From Lysobacterales bacterium (GTDB lineage: Bacteria > Pseudomonadota > Gammaproteobacteria > Xanthomonadales > SZUA-5): a DNA stretch of 64,000 nucleotides. The translations under genes and the position numbers were made by a program. The notes below the pieces were generated by a model. That model did no database searches, was not told the DNA's origin, and saw only the letters and a list, made by a program, of their open reading frames with translations. Below are positions 27,484-35,657 of this stretch, piece by piece; position 1 is the stretch's first letter; the number at the start of each line of letters is the position of its first letter. Location: the NCBI GenBank assembly GCA_022841325.1, contig JALHRS010000016.1, positions 9,094-73,093 of the forward strand, in the 5' to 3' direction.

Positions 27484-27518
27484 CCAGACCTGCGGGCAGC
27501 GCCTGCCCGCAGGTCTGG
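27484..27518 (+). terminator. hairpin immediately after hflC
   Basis: ccagacctgcgggcag-cgc-ctgcccgcaggtctgg, a perfect 16-bp stem starting 3 nt after the stop and followed by tt. Confidence 0.5.
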
Positions 27519-27597
27519 TTGCCTGGTTGCAACGCGCCTGTCTGTTTCGGGCCGGCACCGCGTACCGGGCAGGCTGCATGGCAGGCGTTGATCGGCC

Positions 27598-27635
27598 TTG
27601 AGGAGGGCCGCGCGCCTGCGCGGCCGCTCTTGATC
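27598..27635. repeat. family S palindrome
   Basis: ttgaggagggccgcgcgcctgcgcggccgctcttgatc. Confidence 0.8.
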
Positions 27636-27830
27636 TCCAGCCTGCGGAGAGCGCCGCCGCAGCGCGGCGCCCTCCACGGCAGCGATCCGCAAGTTCTTGC
27701 CGCATATCTCACGCGGAGGCGCGGAGAACACGGAGAAGTACGATGGGCGTCGCGGGTCTTTGCCTTTACTCCGCGGCCTCCGCGCCTCCGCGTGAAAAGA
27801 CGGTCCTGTCCGGCCCATGCGGGTGACTCT

Positions 27831-27873
27831 CCATGAACCCATGTCATAACGTGTTGATTTGTGGTCGTTGATG
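27831..27873. repeat. family T module (CCATGAACCC...GTTGATG)
   Basis: ccatgaacccatgtcataacgtgttgatttgtggtcgttgatg. Related to 6520-6548, 38523-38551 and 59049-59076. Confidence 0.65.
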
Positions 27874-27941
27874 TAGGTTGGGCTAAGCGCAGCGTGCCCA
27901 ACAACGGACGCTGGCGTTGGGCACGCTGCGCTTGGCCCAAC
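27873..27941. repeat. family Q inverted pair
   Basis: gtaggttgggctaagcgcagcgtgcccaac ... gttgggcacgctgcgcttggcccaac. Confidence 0.8.
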
Positions 27942-28170
27942 GGTCATGGCTGCGGGCCACTCGCAATCATGAAAGTCGCTGGTGCCATGACCGTTGCATA
28001 GGTTTTCCTGCCTAACCCCTCCCCAACCCTCCCCGAACATCGGGGAGGGTGCGACAGCACTCGCCTGAACGACTTTCACGGCAACCTGCAGGAGACGGCC
28101 CGAGCGCAGCGCAGGATCAACCGTTGGCCTGCATCACAGACGATTCAGATCCCTCCGAAAACCTGTGCGC

Positions 28171-28226
28171 GGTTCTTGGCGTTCTCTCTGATCTTCCTTT
28201 GCGTTCTCCGCGTCCCGCTTTTTGCC
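28171..28226. repeat. family V module
   Basis: ggttcttggcgttctctctgatcttcctttgcgttctccgcgtcccgctttttgcc. Reverse-complement relative of 6286-6342. Confidence 0.65.
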
Positions 28227-28443
28227 ACGGTCGGCCTCAGGGCAAGATGCCCAGCTCTTTGTCTGCACAAAGTTCTGATCAAGGCTGCACGGCAAGGCCA
28301 CGAAACCCGCACATTGAATTGATACCAATTGCATCGTGCGTTGATGCCTGATTTCACATGCTGATCCTGCGCTGCCGATTCCCGGCAGACGAGCGGCAAC
28401 GCCCAGCGTTTCTTCCCCTCTGGCATCGCAGGAGTACCAACTC

Positions 28444-30219
28444 ATGATTCGAAAACCCATCGTCGCCGGCACCCTGGCTCTGGCACTGATTTCATTCGGC
28501 AGTGGCGCCTTTGCCAGCGCCCGCGTCACCGTCGGTCATTTCGCGCCCTTCGCACCGACCTTGCAGGGCACCTCGGTCAGCATCCGCGTCAACGGCCAGA
28601 CGGCGCTTCAGAATGTGCAATTCGGCCAGTTCACCGAATATCTGACGCTCGGTGGCGCCGGCAGGTACACCGTTGAAGTGCTGCCCACCGGCACCAACAC
28701 CGTCGCCATCAGCGCCTCCCTGGATCTGGCTGACAACACCGATTACACCGTGCTGGCGGTCGGTGACGGTGGCAATCAGGCGCTGTCGCTGTTGCCGCTG
28801 GTCGATGACAACACGGCGCCGCCAGCGGGACAGGTCAAGCTGCGGGTCGTCCATGCCGCACCTTTCGCCAATACGCTGGCCGCGACCGAAGTGTCGGTTC
28901 GTGACAACAACAACGCCATCGTCGGCGGACTGGGTCGGGTGCCTTTCAAGGGCGCAAGCGGCTATCTGACGCTGCCGGCCGCCAGCTACGATCTCAAGGT
29001 GGCCACGCCCGACGGCAATACCACGCTGATCGATCCCAAGCCCGCCGCGCTGCCGGCTGGCGGTATTCTGACGCTGGTCGCCACCGGCGGTGCCAACGGC
29101 TACGCGACCGGCATCACGGCCATCGCCGCCGGTGCGGCTCCCAGCAATCCCTTGCCGACCTTCGCCATCGGCCCGGTCAAGGTCCGAGTCGCCCACTTCG
29201 CTCCGTTTGCCGCCACGCTGGAGGGCACTGCGGTCCGGGTGCAGGTCAATGGCGCCGAAGTGCTGAGCAATTTCAGGTTCCGCGAATTCACGCCGGAGCT
29301 GGAGCTGACCCAGGGCTCCTACCAGATTCGGGTCTTCCCGCAGGCTTCGGCCACCGCTGCGATCAGCGGCACGGTCGAACTGGACGGCAACAAGAGCTAC
29401 ACCCTGGCAGCGGTAGGCAACGGTTCGCTGCAACCGCTCGCACTGCAGAAGTTTGAGGACCGCACCAGTGCCGCGCCGGCCGGCCGTTATGCGCTGCGCG
29501 TGGCCCATACCGCACCCTTTGCGGCCACGCCCGAATCGACCTCGGTCTCCATCCGCAGCGACGGTGGCGATGTGATCGCTGGCCTGTCCAGCGTGCCCTA
29601 TGGCGCGGCCAGTGGCTATCTGGAGCTGCCGACCGGCACCCTGGATGTGAAAGTGGCCACGCCGGATGGCAACACCAATCTGATCGATCTGGCGCCGCTC
29701 AATCTGCCGGCTGGCGCCATCGCCACCGCCTATGCCGTCGGCGATGGCATCAATCAGCCGCTGGGGATCGTCGCCGTTCCGGTCGGTGATGTGCCGCTGG
29801 AAGCGAATGTCGATCAGAGCGTGGACGGCATCTGGTTCAACCCGAACCTGAGCGGCCAGGGCTGGAGCTTCCACACGCTGGCCGCCCAGAATCGTCTGGT
29901 GGGTGCCTGGTACACCTATTCCAATGACGGCAGCGGCCGCCACCTGTGGTACACGCTGGATTCCTGCCGCTCGGCCCCAGGTGCGAGCACCTGCGCCATT
30001 CCCGGTGGCTTTGACAACCGTGAAGTCGAACTGTCGATCTATGAAAGCGAGGGTGGTCTGTTCAATCAGCCCGCCCCGGTCGTGACCCGTGATGTGGGCG
30101 TCATGACCGTGCGCTTCCTCAGCTGCACCCAGGCCGAGATGCGCTTCCAGATCGGCAGCTTCACCTCTGCCACCGTCCAGCTGAGCAACCTGATTCCCAA
30201 GCCGGGCTGCAGTCTCTGA
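28444..30219 (+). CDS. secreted DUF4397-repeat protein with a distinct C-terminal domain
   Basis: Signal peptide. The segment VxVxHFAPFAxTLxGTxVxxxVNG recurs at least twice, with related VVHAAPFA/VAHTAPFA copies. AGGAG upstream. Confidence 0.6.
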   Translation: MIRKPIVAGTLALALISFGSGAFASARVTVGHFAPFAPTLQGTSVSIRVNGQTALQNVQFGQFTEYLTLGGAGRYTVEVLPTGTNTVAISASLDLADNTDYTVLAVGDGGNQALSLLPLVDDNTAPPAGQVKLRVVHAAPFANTLAATEVSVRDNNNAIVGGLGRVPFKGASGYLTLPAASYDLKVATPDGNTTLIDPKPAALPAGGILTLVATGGANGYATGITAIAAGAAPSNPLPTFAIGPVKVRVAHFAPFAATLEGTAVRVQVNGAEVLSNFRFREFTPELELTQGSYQIRVFPQASATAAISGTVELDGNKSYTLAAVGNGSLQPLALQKFEDRTSAAPAGRYALRVAHTAPFAATPESTSVSIRSDGGDVIAGLSSVPYGAASGYLELPTGTLDVKVATPDGNTNLIDLAPLNLPAGAIATAYAVGDGINQPLGIVAVPVGDVPLEANVDQSVDGIWFNPNLSGQGWSFHTLAAQNRLVGAWYTYSNDGSGRHLWYTLDSCRSAPGASTCAIPGGFDNREVELSIYESEGGLFNQPAPVVTRDVGVMTVRFLSCTQAEMRFQIGSFTSATVQLSNLIPKPGCSL

Positions 30220-30245
30220 TCGGCTTCTCTGCAAGGCTTCTGGTC

Positions 30246-30275
30246 GAGTCCCCGGAGCTGGCGTTCCGGGGACTC
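30246..30275 (+). terminator. hairpin after the DUF4397 gene
   Basis: gagtccccgga-gctggcgt-tccggggactc, an 11-bp stem 27 nt after the stop. Confidence 0.4.
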
Positions 30276-30399
30276 CTGATGCGTTTCGTAGCGAACGTCG
30301 ACTGCAGATCCGCAGCAGCCCGGGGCAGGCGGGAGTGAAGGCACAGCAGGACCGTGGCATAGGCTAGACTTCCGCATCTCTCTGCGCCCGAGCTTTACC

Positions 30400-30624
30400 A
30401 TGGCCCGACATGACCCCAGTCAGGATCGATTGATTCAGCCCAACGCCGAAAACACCTATGAAGTCGGGCCGTCCGATCTGCCCCTGGCCTGCCCGATGCC
30501 CGGCATGCATCTGTGGAACTCGCATCCGCGGGTCTATCTGCCGGTCGAATCCAGTCCTTCGGTCAAATGTCCGTACTGCGGAGCCGTGTACACGCTGAAA
30601 GGCGCGCCGGTCCACGGCCACTGA
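30400..30624 (+). CDS. zinc-finger (CHCC-type) domain protein
   Basis: 74 aa. The pattern ..LACPMPGMHLWNSHPRVYL....VKCPYCGAVYTL resembles zf-CHCC/NDUFS6-like small proteins. Confidence 0.6.
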   Translation: MARHDPSQDRLIQPNAENTYEVGPSDLPLACPMPGMHLWNSHPRVYLPVESSPSVKCPYCGAVYTLKGAPVHGH

Positions 30625-30686
30625 ACGGCTCAAGGCGGCAGCGCCGCAAGTCACGCCGTCTGTCTCTTGCCAGCCCTGTCGACTCC

Positions 30687-31856
30687 ATGAGCCCCGAACG
30701 CGCGAGCACTTCAGGGCCACGATGGACGGTGGTCCAGCTGATTCCGCGGCTGTCACCCGGTGGTGCCGAACGCTCGACCATGGAAACGGCGCGGGCGCTG
30801 GTCGCTGCCGGCCACCGCTCCATCGTCGTCTCCGGCGGCGGTCGTTGGGTGCCGCGACTCAAGGCTGAAGGCAGCGAGCACATACAGTTGCCGATCGGGT
30901 CCAAGAATCTGGGTGCCATCTGGACCGTGCTGAGGCTGCGCTGGCTGCTGCAGCGTCTACGCCCGGATCTGGTACATGCGCGTTCGCGCTTGCCGGCCTG
31001 GCTGCTGAAACTGGCGCTACTGGGCAGCGGACTACGCGTGGCCCAGGTCAACACGGTGCACGGATTGAATTCAGTCTCTCGCTACAGTCGGATTCTGACT
31101 CGGGCCGATCGGGTGATCGCGGTCTCGCAGACCACGCGGAATTATCTGCTGGCCAACTATCCCGGCATCGATGACTCGCGCTTGCGGATCGTGCCGCCGG
31201 GTGCCGATCCGCTGGAGTTTCCGTCGGGGACCCAATGCACCGCTGAGTGGATTGAAGCATTGCACTTCGAGTTCCCGGCGCTTGCCGGCGGTCTGCTGAT
31301 GACCTTGCCCGGTCGCGGCACTCGCCTCAAGGGCCACGCTGATGCGCTCCGACTGGTGGCGCGGGTGCGGGCGTCCGGCGTCGATGCGCGCCTGCTGTTG
31401 CTGGGCGTGGTCGAGGAAAGCCGCCGTCCCTATGTGCGTGAATTACAGGCCATGGCGCGCGAACTCCAGATCAGCGAGTTCGTCGCATTCAGTGCGCCGC
31501 GCGGCGATGTGCGCGAGGTCTATGCGGCCAGTGCTCTGGTGCTGCAGTTGTCGACGCGCCCGGAGAGCTTTGGTCGGGTCGTGGCCGAAGCGCTGTGCCT
31601 GGGGCGACCGGTGCTCGGCTACGCCCATGGTGGCGTCGGTGATCTGCTGCGTGAGCTGTATCCGGCTGGCTGTTCGCCCCTCGGTGATCTGGATGCCCTG
31701 ACCGAACGCGCCCTGCAGTTGCTGCGCGATGCGCCGGAAGTCGACACCGCCCGCGTGCCCAAGGTCAGTGATTCCCAGGCGCTGACACTGTCGGTGTATT
31801 CGGAGCTGATCGAAGGGACGGCACCGCATCCGGCGGCGCTGGCCCGGTCGTCATGA
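30687..31856 (+). CDS. glycosyltransferase family 4 (LPS core-type)
   Basis: Start moved to the ATG at 30687. N-terminal ..VVQLIPRLSPGGAERST and a C-terminal E..G....EA motif (ESFGRVVAEALCLGRPVL). Confidence 0.75.
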   Translation: MSPERASTSGPRWTVVQLIPRLSPGGAERSTMETARALVAAGHRSIVVSGGGRWVPRLKAEGSEHIQLPIGSKNLGAIWTVLRLRWLLQRLRPDLVHARSRLPAWLLKLALLGSGLRVAQVNTVHGLNSVSRYSRILTRADRVIAVSQTTRNYLLANYPGIDDSRLRIVPPGADPLEFPSGTQCTAEWIEALHFEFPALAGGLLMTLPGRGTRLKGHADALRLVARVRASGVDARLLLLGVVEESRRPYVRELQAMARELQISEFVAFSAPRGDVREVYAASALVLQLSTRPESFGRVVAEALCLGRPVLGYAHGGVGDLLRELYPAGCSPLGDLDALTERALQLLRDAPEVDTARVPKVSDSQALTLSVYSELIEGTAPHPAALARSS

Positions 31857-33124
31857 GCGAGCGCCTGCCGAATCCGGCCTTGGCGCTGGCGGCGCTGCTG
31901 CTGCTGGTGCCGCTGTTGCTGCCTTTCTCGCGTAGCGTCGAGGCACCGCTGCTGGCCGGTGCCATCCTCGGTATCGCATACCTGTTCAAGTCCGCCGGCC
32001 GGTGGCCTGCGGGACCGGCCGCGCGGGTGCTGTTGCTGGCACTGGCAGCTTATGTGCTGGCGGCGCTGCTGTCGGCGATCGACGCGGTCGCTCCGCAGAA
32101 GAGCTGGACCAACATGCTCGCGGCGCTGCGTTTTCTGGCCTTTGCGGTGGGCATGCTGGCGCTGGCGGCACAGGCGCTGGCGGCCGGTGTGGCATCGAAG
32201 CGAATGTCGGGTCTGCTGGTTCTGGCCGCGGCCGCGCCGATTGCGCTGTGGGTGGCCGATGCCCTGCTGCAGGCGGCCACCGGCTGGTCGCTGGGCGGCC
32301 CGGCGGATGCCGACCGCCTGAGCGGCATCTTCGGTGCCGATGATCTCAAGCTCGGACCGCTGCTGTCGGCCCTGTCACCGCTGCTGCTGTGGCCGCTGCT
32401 GCAAGGGCCACGCTGGCGCCTGGGCGCCTGCTACCTGGCGGTGCTGACGGTGGTCTTGCTGGCCGGCGCCCGCGCCGGCTGGGTGAGTTTCGCGCTGGTG
32501 AGCCTGCTGCTGGCCTGGCGTCTGGCGCGGGGGTCGAAGCAGGCGCTGCTGGCCTGGGTCGGTGCGGCGCTGCTGGCGGGTGTGGTCCTGGCCAGTGCCG
32601 GCTATCAGCTCTCGGTCGCCTTCAAGGCCAGGGTAGATCGCACGCTCGCAGCCGGTGATGGCCAGCTGGATGTCGCCCTGGCCGGTCGGCTGCCGATCTG
32701 GCGCACGGCGGGGCAGATGTTTGCCGCGCATCCGTTCAATGGGGTGGGTGTGCGCGGCTTCCGCCATGCCTATCCCGAATACGCGGCTGCGGACGATCCC
32801 TGGGTCGATCATGCTCGCGGCACGGGCGCCGCACATGCCCACCAGATCGTGCTGGAGCTGCTGACCGAGACCGGTTTGCTCGGATTGGCGCTGTGGCTGG
32901 CGGCGGCAAGCCTGTTGTGGCGCTGTTCCCGACGCACCGTGGACGATCCAGCCGCGCATGCGCCCTGGGTGGCGCTGCTGGTGCTGGTGTTCCCCTTGAA
33001 CACGCATCTGGCTTTCTACTCGGTGCCGGTGGGGATCATGCTCTGCTGGTTGCTGACACTCGCCTGCCTGCAATCGGGGCTGCGCGCCGTTGGCGACGCC
33101 GTCGAATCTGCGCAGGTGCCGTGA
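31853..33124 (+). CDS. O-antigen ligase/polymerase-family membrane protein (Wzy_C domain)
   Basis: Polytopic membrane protein with the periplasmic-loop pattern ..GVGVRGFRHAY...AHAHQIVLELLTETGLLGL. ATGA overlap with the upstream GT4 gene. Confidence 0.75.
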   Translation: MSERLPNPALALAALLLLVPLLLPFSRSVEAPLLAGAILGIAYLFKSAGRWPAGPAARVLLLALAAYVLAALLSAIDAVAPQKSWTNMLAALRFLAFAVGMLALAAQALAAGVASKRMSGLLVLAAAAPIALWVADALLQAATGWSLGGPADADRLSGIFGADDLKLGPLLSALSPLLLWPLLQGPRWRLGACYLAVLTVVLLAGARAGWVSFALVSLLLAWRLARGSKQALLAWVGAALLAGVVLASAGYQLSVAFKARVDRTLAAGDGQLDVALAGRLPIWRTAGQMFAAHPFNGVGVRGFRHAYPEYAAADDPWVDHARGTGAAHAHQIVLELLTETGLLGLALWLAAASLLWRCSRRTVDDPAAHAPWVALLVLVFPLNTHLAFYSVPVGIMLCWLLTLACLQSGLRAVGDAVESAQVP

Positions 33125-33146
33125 CGTGAGTGACCTGTCCACCGCC

Positions 33147-33938
33147 ATGTCATCGCCCGGCGTCGAGTCCGGGCATCAGCCGCTGTCGGTGGTCGTGACC
33201 ACGCTGAACAACGCCGCCACCCTGCGCCGCTGTCTGCAGAGTGCGGCCTTCGCCGACGAACTGCTGCTGGTCGATTCCGGCAGCAGCGATGACACCCTGG
33301 CCATTGCCGCCGAGTTCGACTGTCGGGTGCTGCACAAGCCCTTCGCTGGCTACGGGCCACAGAAACAGTGGGCCATCGAGCAGGCACAGCATCGCTACGT
33401 GCTGCTGCTGGATGCCGATGAGTGGTTGCCGGAAGACTGTCAGCTCGAGATCCAGACGCTGCTGGCGGGCATGGCGGCGGGTCAGCCTGGTCTGGCCGGC
33501 TATCGTCTGCCGCGCCGCGAGCTGATCTTCTGGCAATACCAGCACCCCGGGGCGCGCCTGAATCGCTATCTGCGCCTGCTCGATCGCCAGCGCTTCCGCA
33601 TGAGCGCATCGACCGTGCATGCGGCGCCTGAGGTGGATGGGCCGGTGGCAGATCTGCGCTGCGCCTTTCACCACGACGGCGAGCCCGACATCCACACCAA
33701 GGTGGCCAAGATCAACGCTTATTCCAGCGGGCTGGTTGCCGACAAGCTGGAGCGCAAGGTGGGCTTTGTGCGCACCCGCATGCTGCTCTATCCGCCCTGG
33801 TTCTTTGTGCGACAGTACTTGGGCAAGCGCCAGTTTCTCGATGGCTGGGCCGGTTTCGTGCAGAGCGTGGTGGGCGCATTCTATGTGTTCCTGAAGTACG
33901 CCAAGGTCTATGAAGTCCGACGCCGAAATCGCCGCTGA
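33147..33938 (+). CDS. glycosyltransferase family 2
   Basis: LSVVVTTLNNAATLRRCL, VDSGSSDDT and LLLDADE (DxD). The GTG at 33126 is an alternative start. Confidence 0.75.
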   Translation: MSSPGVESGHQPLSVVVTTLNNAATLRRCLQSAAFADELLLVDSGSSDDTLAIAAEFDCRVLHKPFAGYGPQKQWAIEQAQHRYVLLLDADEWLPEDCQLEIQTLLAGMAAGQPGLAGYRLPRRELIFWQYQHPGARLNRYLRLLDRQRFRMSASTVHAAPEVDGPVADLRCAFHHDGEPDIHTKVAKINAYSSGLVADKLERKVGFVRTRMLLYPPWFFVRQYLGKRQFLDGWAGFVQSVVGAFYVFLKYAKVYEVRRRNRR

Positions 33939-34851
33939 GCGCCTGAACTGGCGCTGGCGATTGCTGTTCGCACTGGCGCGCTGGCTGGCGCGGAGGCCGT
34001 ATCGATCCCAGATGCGCATCGCCCATGGGCTGTCCGGCCCGATGTCGCTGCTGGCGGGCAAGCGCGGCGCGATTGTCGCCGCCAACATAGGCTTGTGCTT
34101 TCCGGAGCTGAACGCCGGGCAGCAGTCGCAGCTGGTCTGGCGCAATCTGCGCTCGACCGCCGTCAGCGTGTTCGAAACCACGATGGCCTGGTTTGCGCCG
34201 CGCTCGGTCACCGCAGACATCGTCGATGTCGAAGGCCTGGAGCATCTGCAGCAGGCGCTGGCCGCCGGCAAGGGCGCGCTCTGCCTGTTCAGTCACTTCA
34301 CGATGATCGAGCTCGGTGGTCGGCTGCTGTCCGAGGCGCTGGGCAGGCCGATGCACCAGATGGTTCGACGGAACAACGATGCCGCGGTGGAAGCCATCAT
34401 CGACGGCGCCCGCCGCCAGTTCTGCGAGCGCACGCTGGAAAAGAAGAATCTCGGCGATCTGCTGCGCTCGCTGCGCGAGGGCCATCCGGTGGGCTATGCG
34501 CCCGACCAGAATTTCAATCTGCACATGGCTTTCGTGCCCTTCTTTGGCCAGCCCGCCGCCACCCTGACCATGACCAGCCGCATCGCCCGGCTGTCGCGGG
34601 CGCCGGTGCTGTGCTGCTGGATCAGCCGCAAGCCCGATGGCTTTGGTTATCGTTTGCGCATCGATCCGCCGCTGACCCAGTTTCCGGGCGCCGACCCGGT
34701 GTCCGATACCGCCCGCATCATCGCCCTGCTCGAAGCCGAAGTGCGCAAGGTGCCCGAGCAATATCTCTGGGCCCACCGCCGCTTCAAGACCCGTCCGGAC
34801 GGCAGCGCGCTGGCCTACGACGCCGAACTGCTGAAGCCCAGGCATCGGTGA
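33910..34851 (+). CDS. lipid A biosynthesis late acyltransferase (LpxL/LpxM/LpxP family)
   Basis: 313 aa. Family pattern ..NIGLCFPEL...SHFTMIELGG (HX4E), ..GYAPDQN.. and ..VPFFGQPAAT. Confidence 0.8.
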   Translation: MKSDAEIAAERLNWRWRLLFALARWLARRPYRSQMRIAHGLSGPMSLLAGKRGAIVAANIGLCFPELNAGQQSQLVWRNLRSTAVSVFETTMAWFAPRSVTADIVDVEGLEHLQQALAAGKGALCLFSHFTMIELGGRLLSEALGRPMHQMVRRNNDAAVEAIIDGARRQFCERTLEKKNLGDLLRSLREGHPVGYAPDQNFNLHMAFVPFFGQPAATLTMTSRIARLSRAPVLCCWISRKPDGFGYRLRIDPPLTQFPGADPVSDTARIIALLEAEVRKVPEQYLWAHRRFKTRPDGSALAYDAELLKPRHR

Positions 34852-35216
34852 GGTTGTCGGTTGCTGGTTGCTGGTTACTGGTTGTCGGTTGTCGGTTGTC
34901 GGTTGTCGGTTGTCGGTTGTCGGTGCGGGATGTCCGGCGCTTTCGCCTGTGGGAGCGGACTCTGTCCGCGACAACGGTTGCCGGAAGATTGGACGCCTGT
35001 TCGCGGCTGAAGCTGCACCCACCGCAGGAGTGCCTACGCGCTCGCTCTGGTGGGTCCAGACTTGTCTGGACGCTTGTGCGGCGCCTGGCCAAGAGCGTCC
35101 AGACAAGTCTGGACCTACAGAAGCCCTCAAGCCTGTAGCCTTTCCCCGTGCCCCGTGCCCCGTGCCCCGTGCCCCGACAACCGACAACCGACAACCGACA
35201 ACCGACAACCGACAAC
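34852..35216. repeat. composite element filling the whole LpxL-family gene/thioesterase gap: (GGTTGYY)x10 ... W pair ... P pair ... (CCCCGTG)x4-(CGACAAC)x6
   Basis: Units counted directly. The left array starts at the base after the acyltransferase stop. The right array ends 10 nt before the thioesterase GTG. GGTTGTC and GACAACC are reverse complements. Confidence 0.9.
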
Positions 35217-35226
35217 CAGGCTCCCC

Positions 35227-35625
35227 GTGCTCATCGAAACCACCGTCCCCCTGCGCTGGCGCGATCTCGACGCCTACAACCATGTCAACAATTCGGTGTT
35301 CCTGACTTTTCTGGAGGAAGCCCGGATCCAGTGGTTCGACAGCCTCGGCAGTCCCTGGCGGAACGCCGAGTTCGAGCCGATTCTGGCGGCGACGACGATC
35401 AACTTCCGGCGCCCGATCCAGTACCCGGAAACGCTGCGGATCCGGCTCAGCACCGAACGCATCGGTCGCAGCAGTCTGACCATTGCCCAGCACATCTACG
35501 CCGCAAACGATGCCACCGTGCTGTATTCGGATGGCCAGGCGGTGCTGGTGTGGGTGAGTCCGGTCGACGGCCGCCCGGTCCCCCTGCCACAAGTCGTCCG
35601 GCATGCCGCCGGCGCCACCGACTAG
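35227..35625 (+). CDS. hotdog-fold acyl-CoA thioesterase (YbgC/4HBT-like)
   Basis: GTG start at 35227, just past the heptamer array. The pattern PLRWRDLDAYNHVNNSVFLTFLEEAR is typical of the 4HBT class. Confidence 0.7.
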   Translation: MLIETTVPLRWRDLDAYNHVNNSVFLTFLEEARIQWFDSLGSPWRNAEFEPILAATTINFRRPIQYPETLRIRLSTERIGRSSLTIAQHIYAANDATVLYSDGQAVLVWVSPVDGRPVPLPQVVRHAAGATD

Positions 35626-35657
35626 AATGGGGCTCTGACGGGTTTTCGGATGTACCC

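Noticed and set aside
34852-35216. CRISPR-like array, because of regularly spaced short repeats.
   Set aside because: The units are 7 nt long and directly abutting, with no spacers. No cas genes are present. These are microsatellite-like arms of palindromic elements, not CRISPR.
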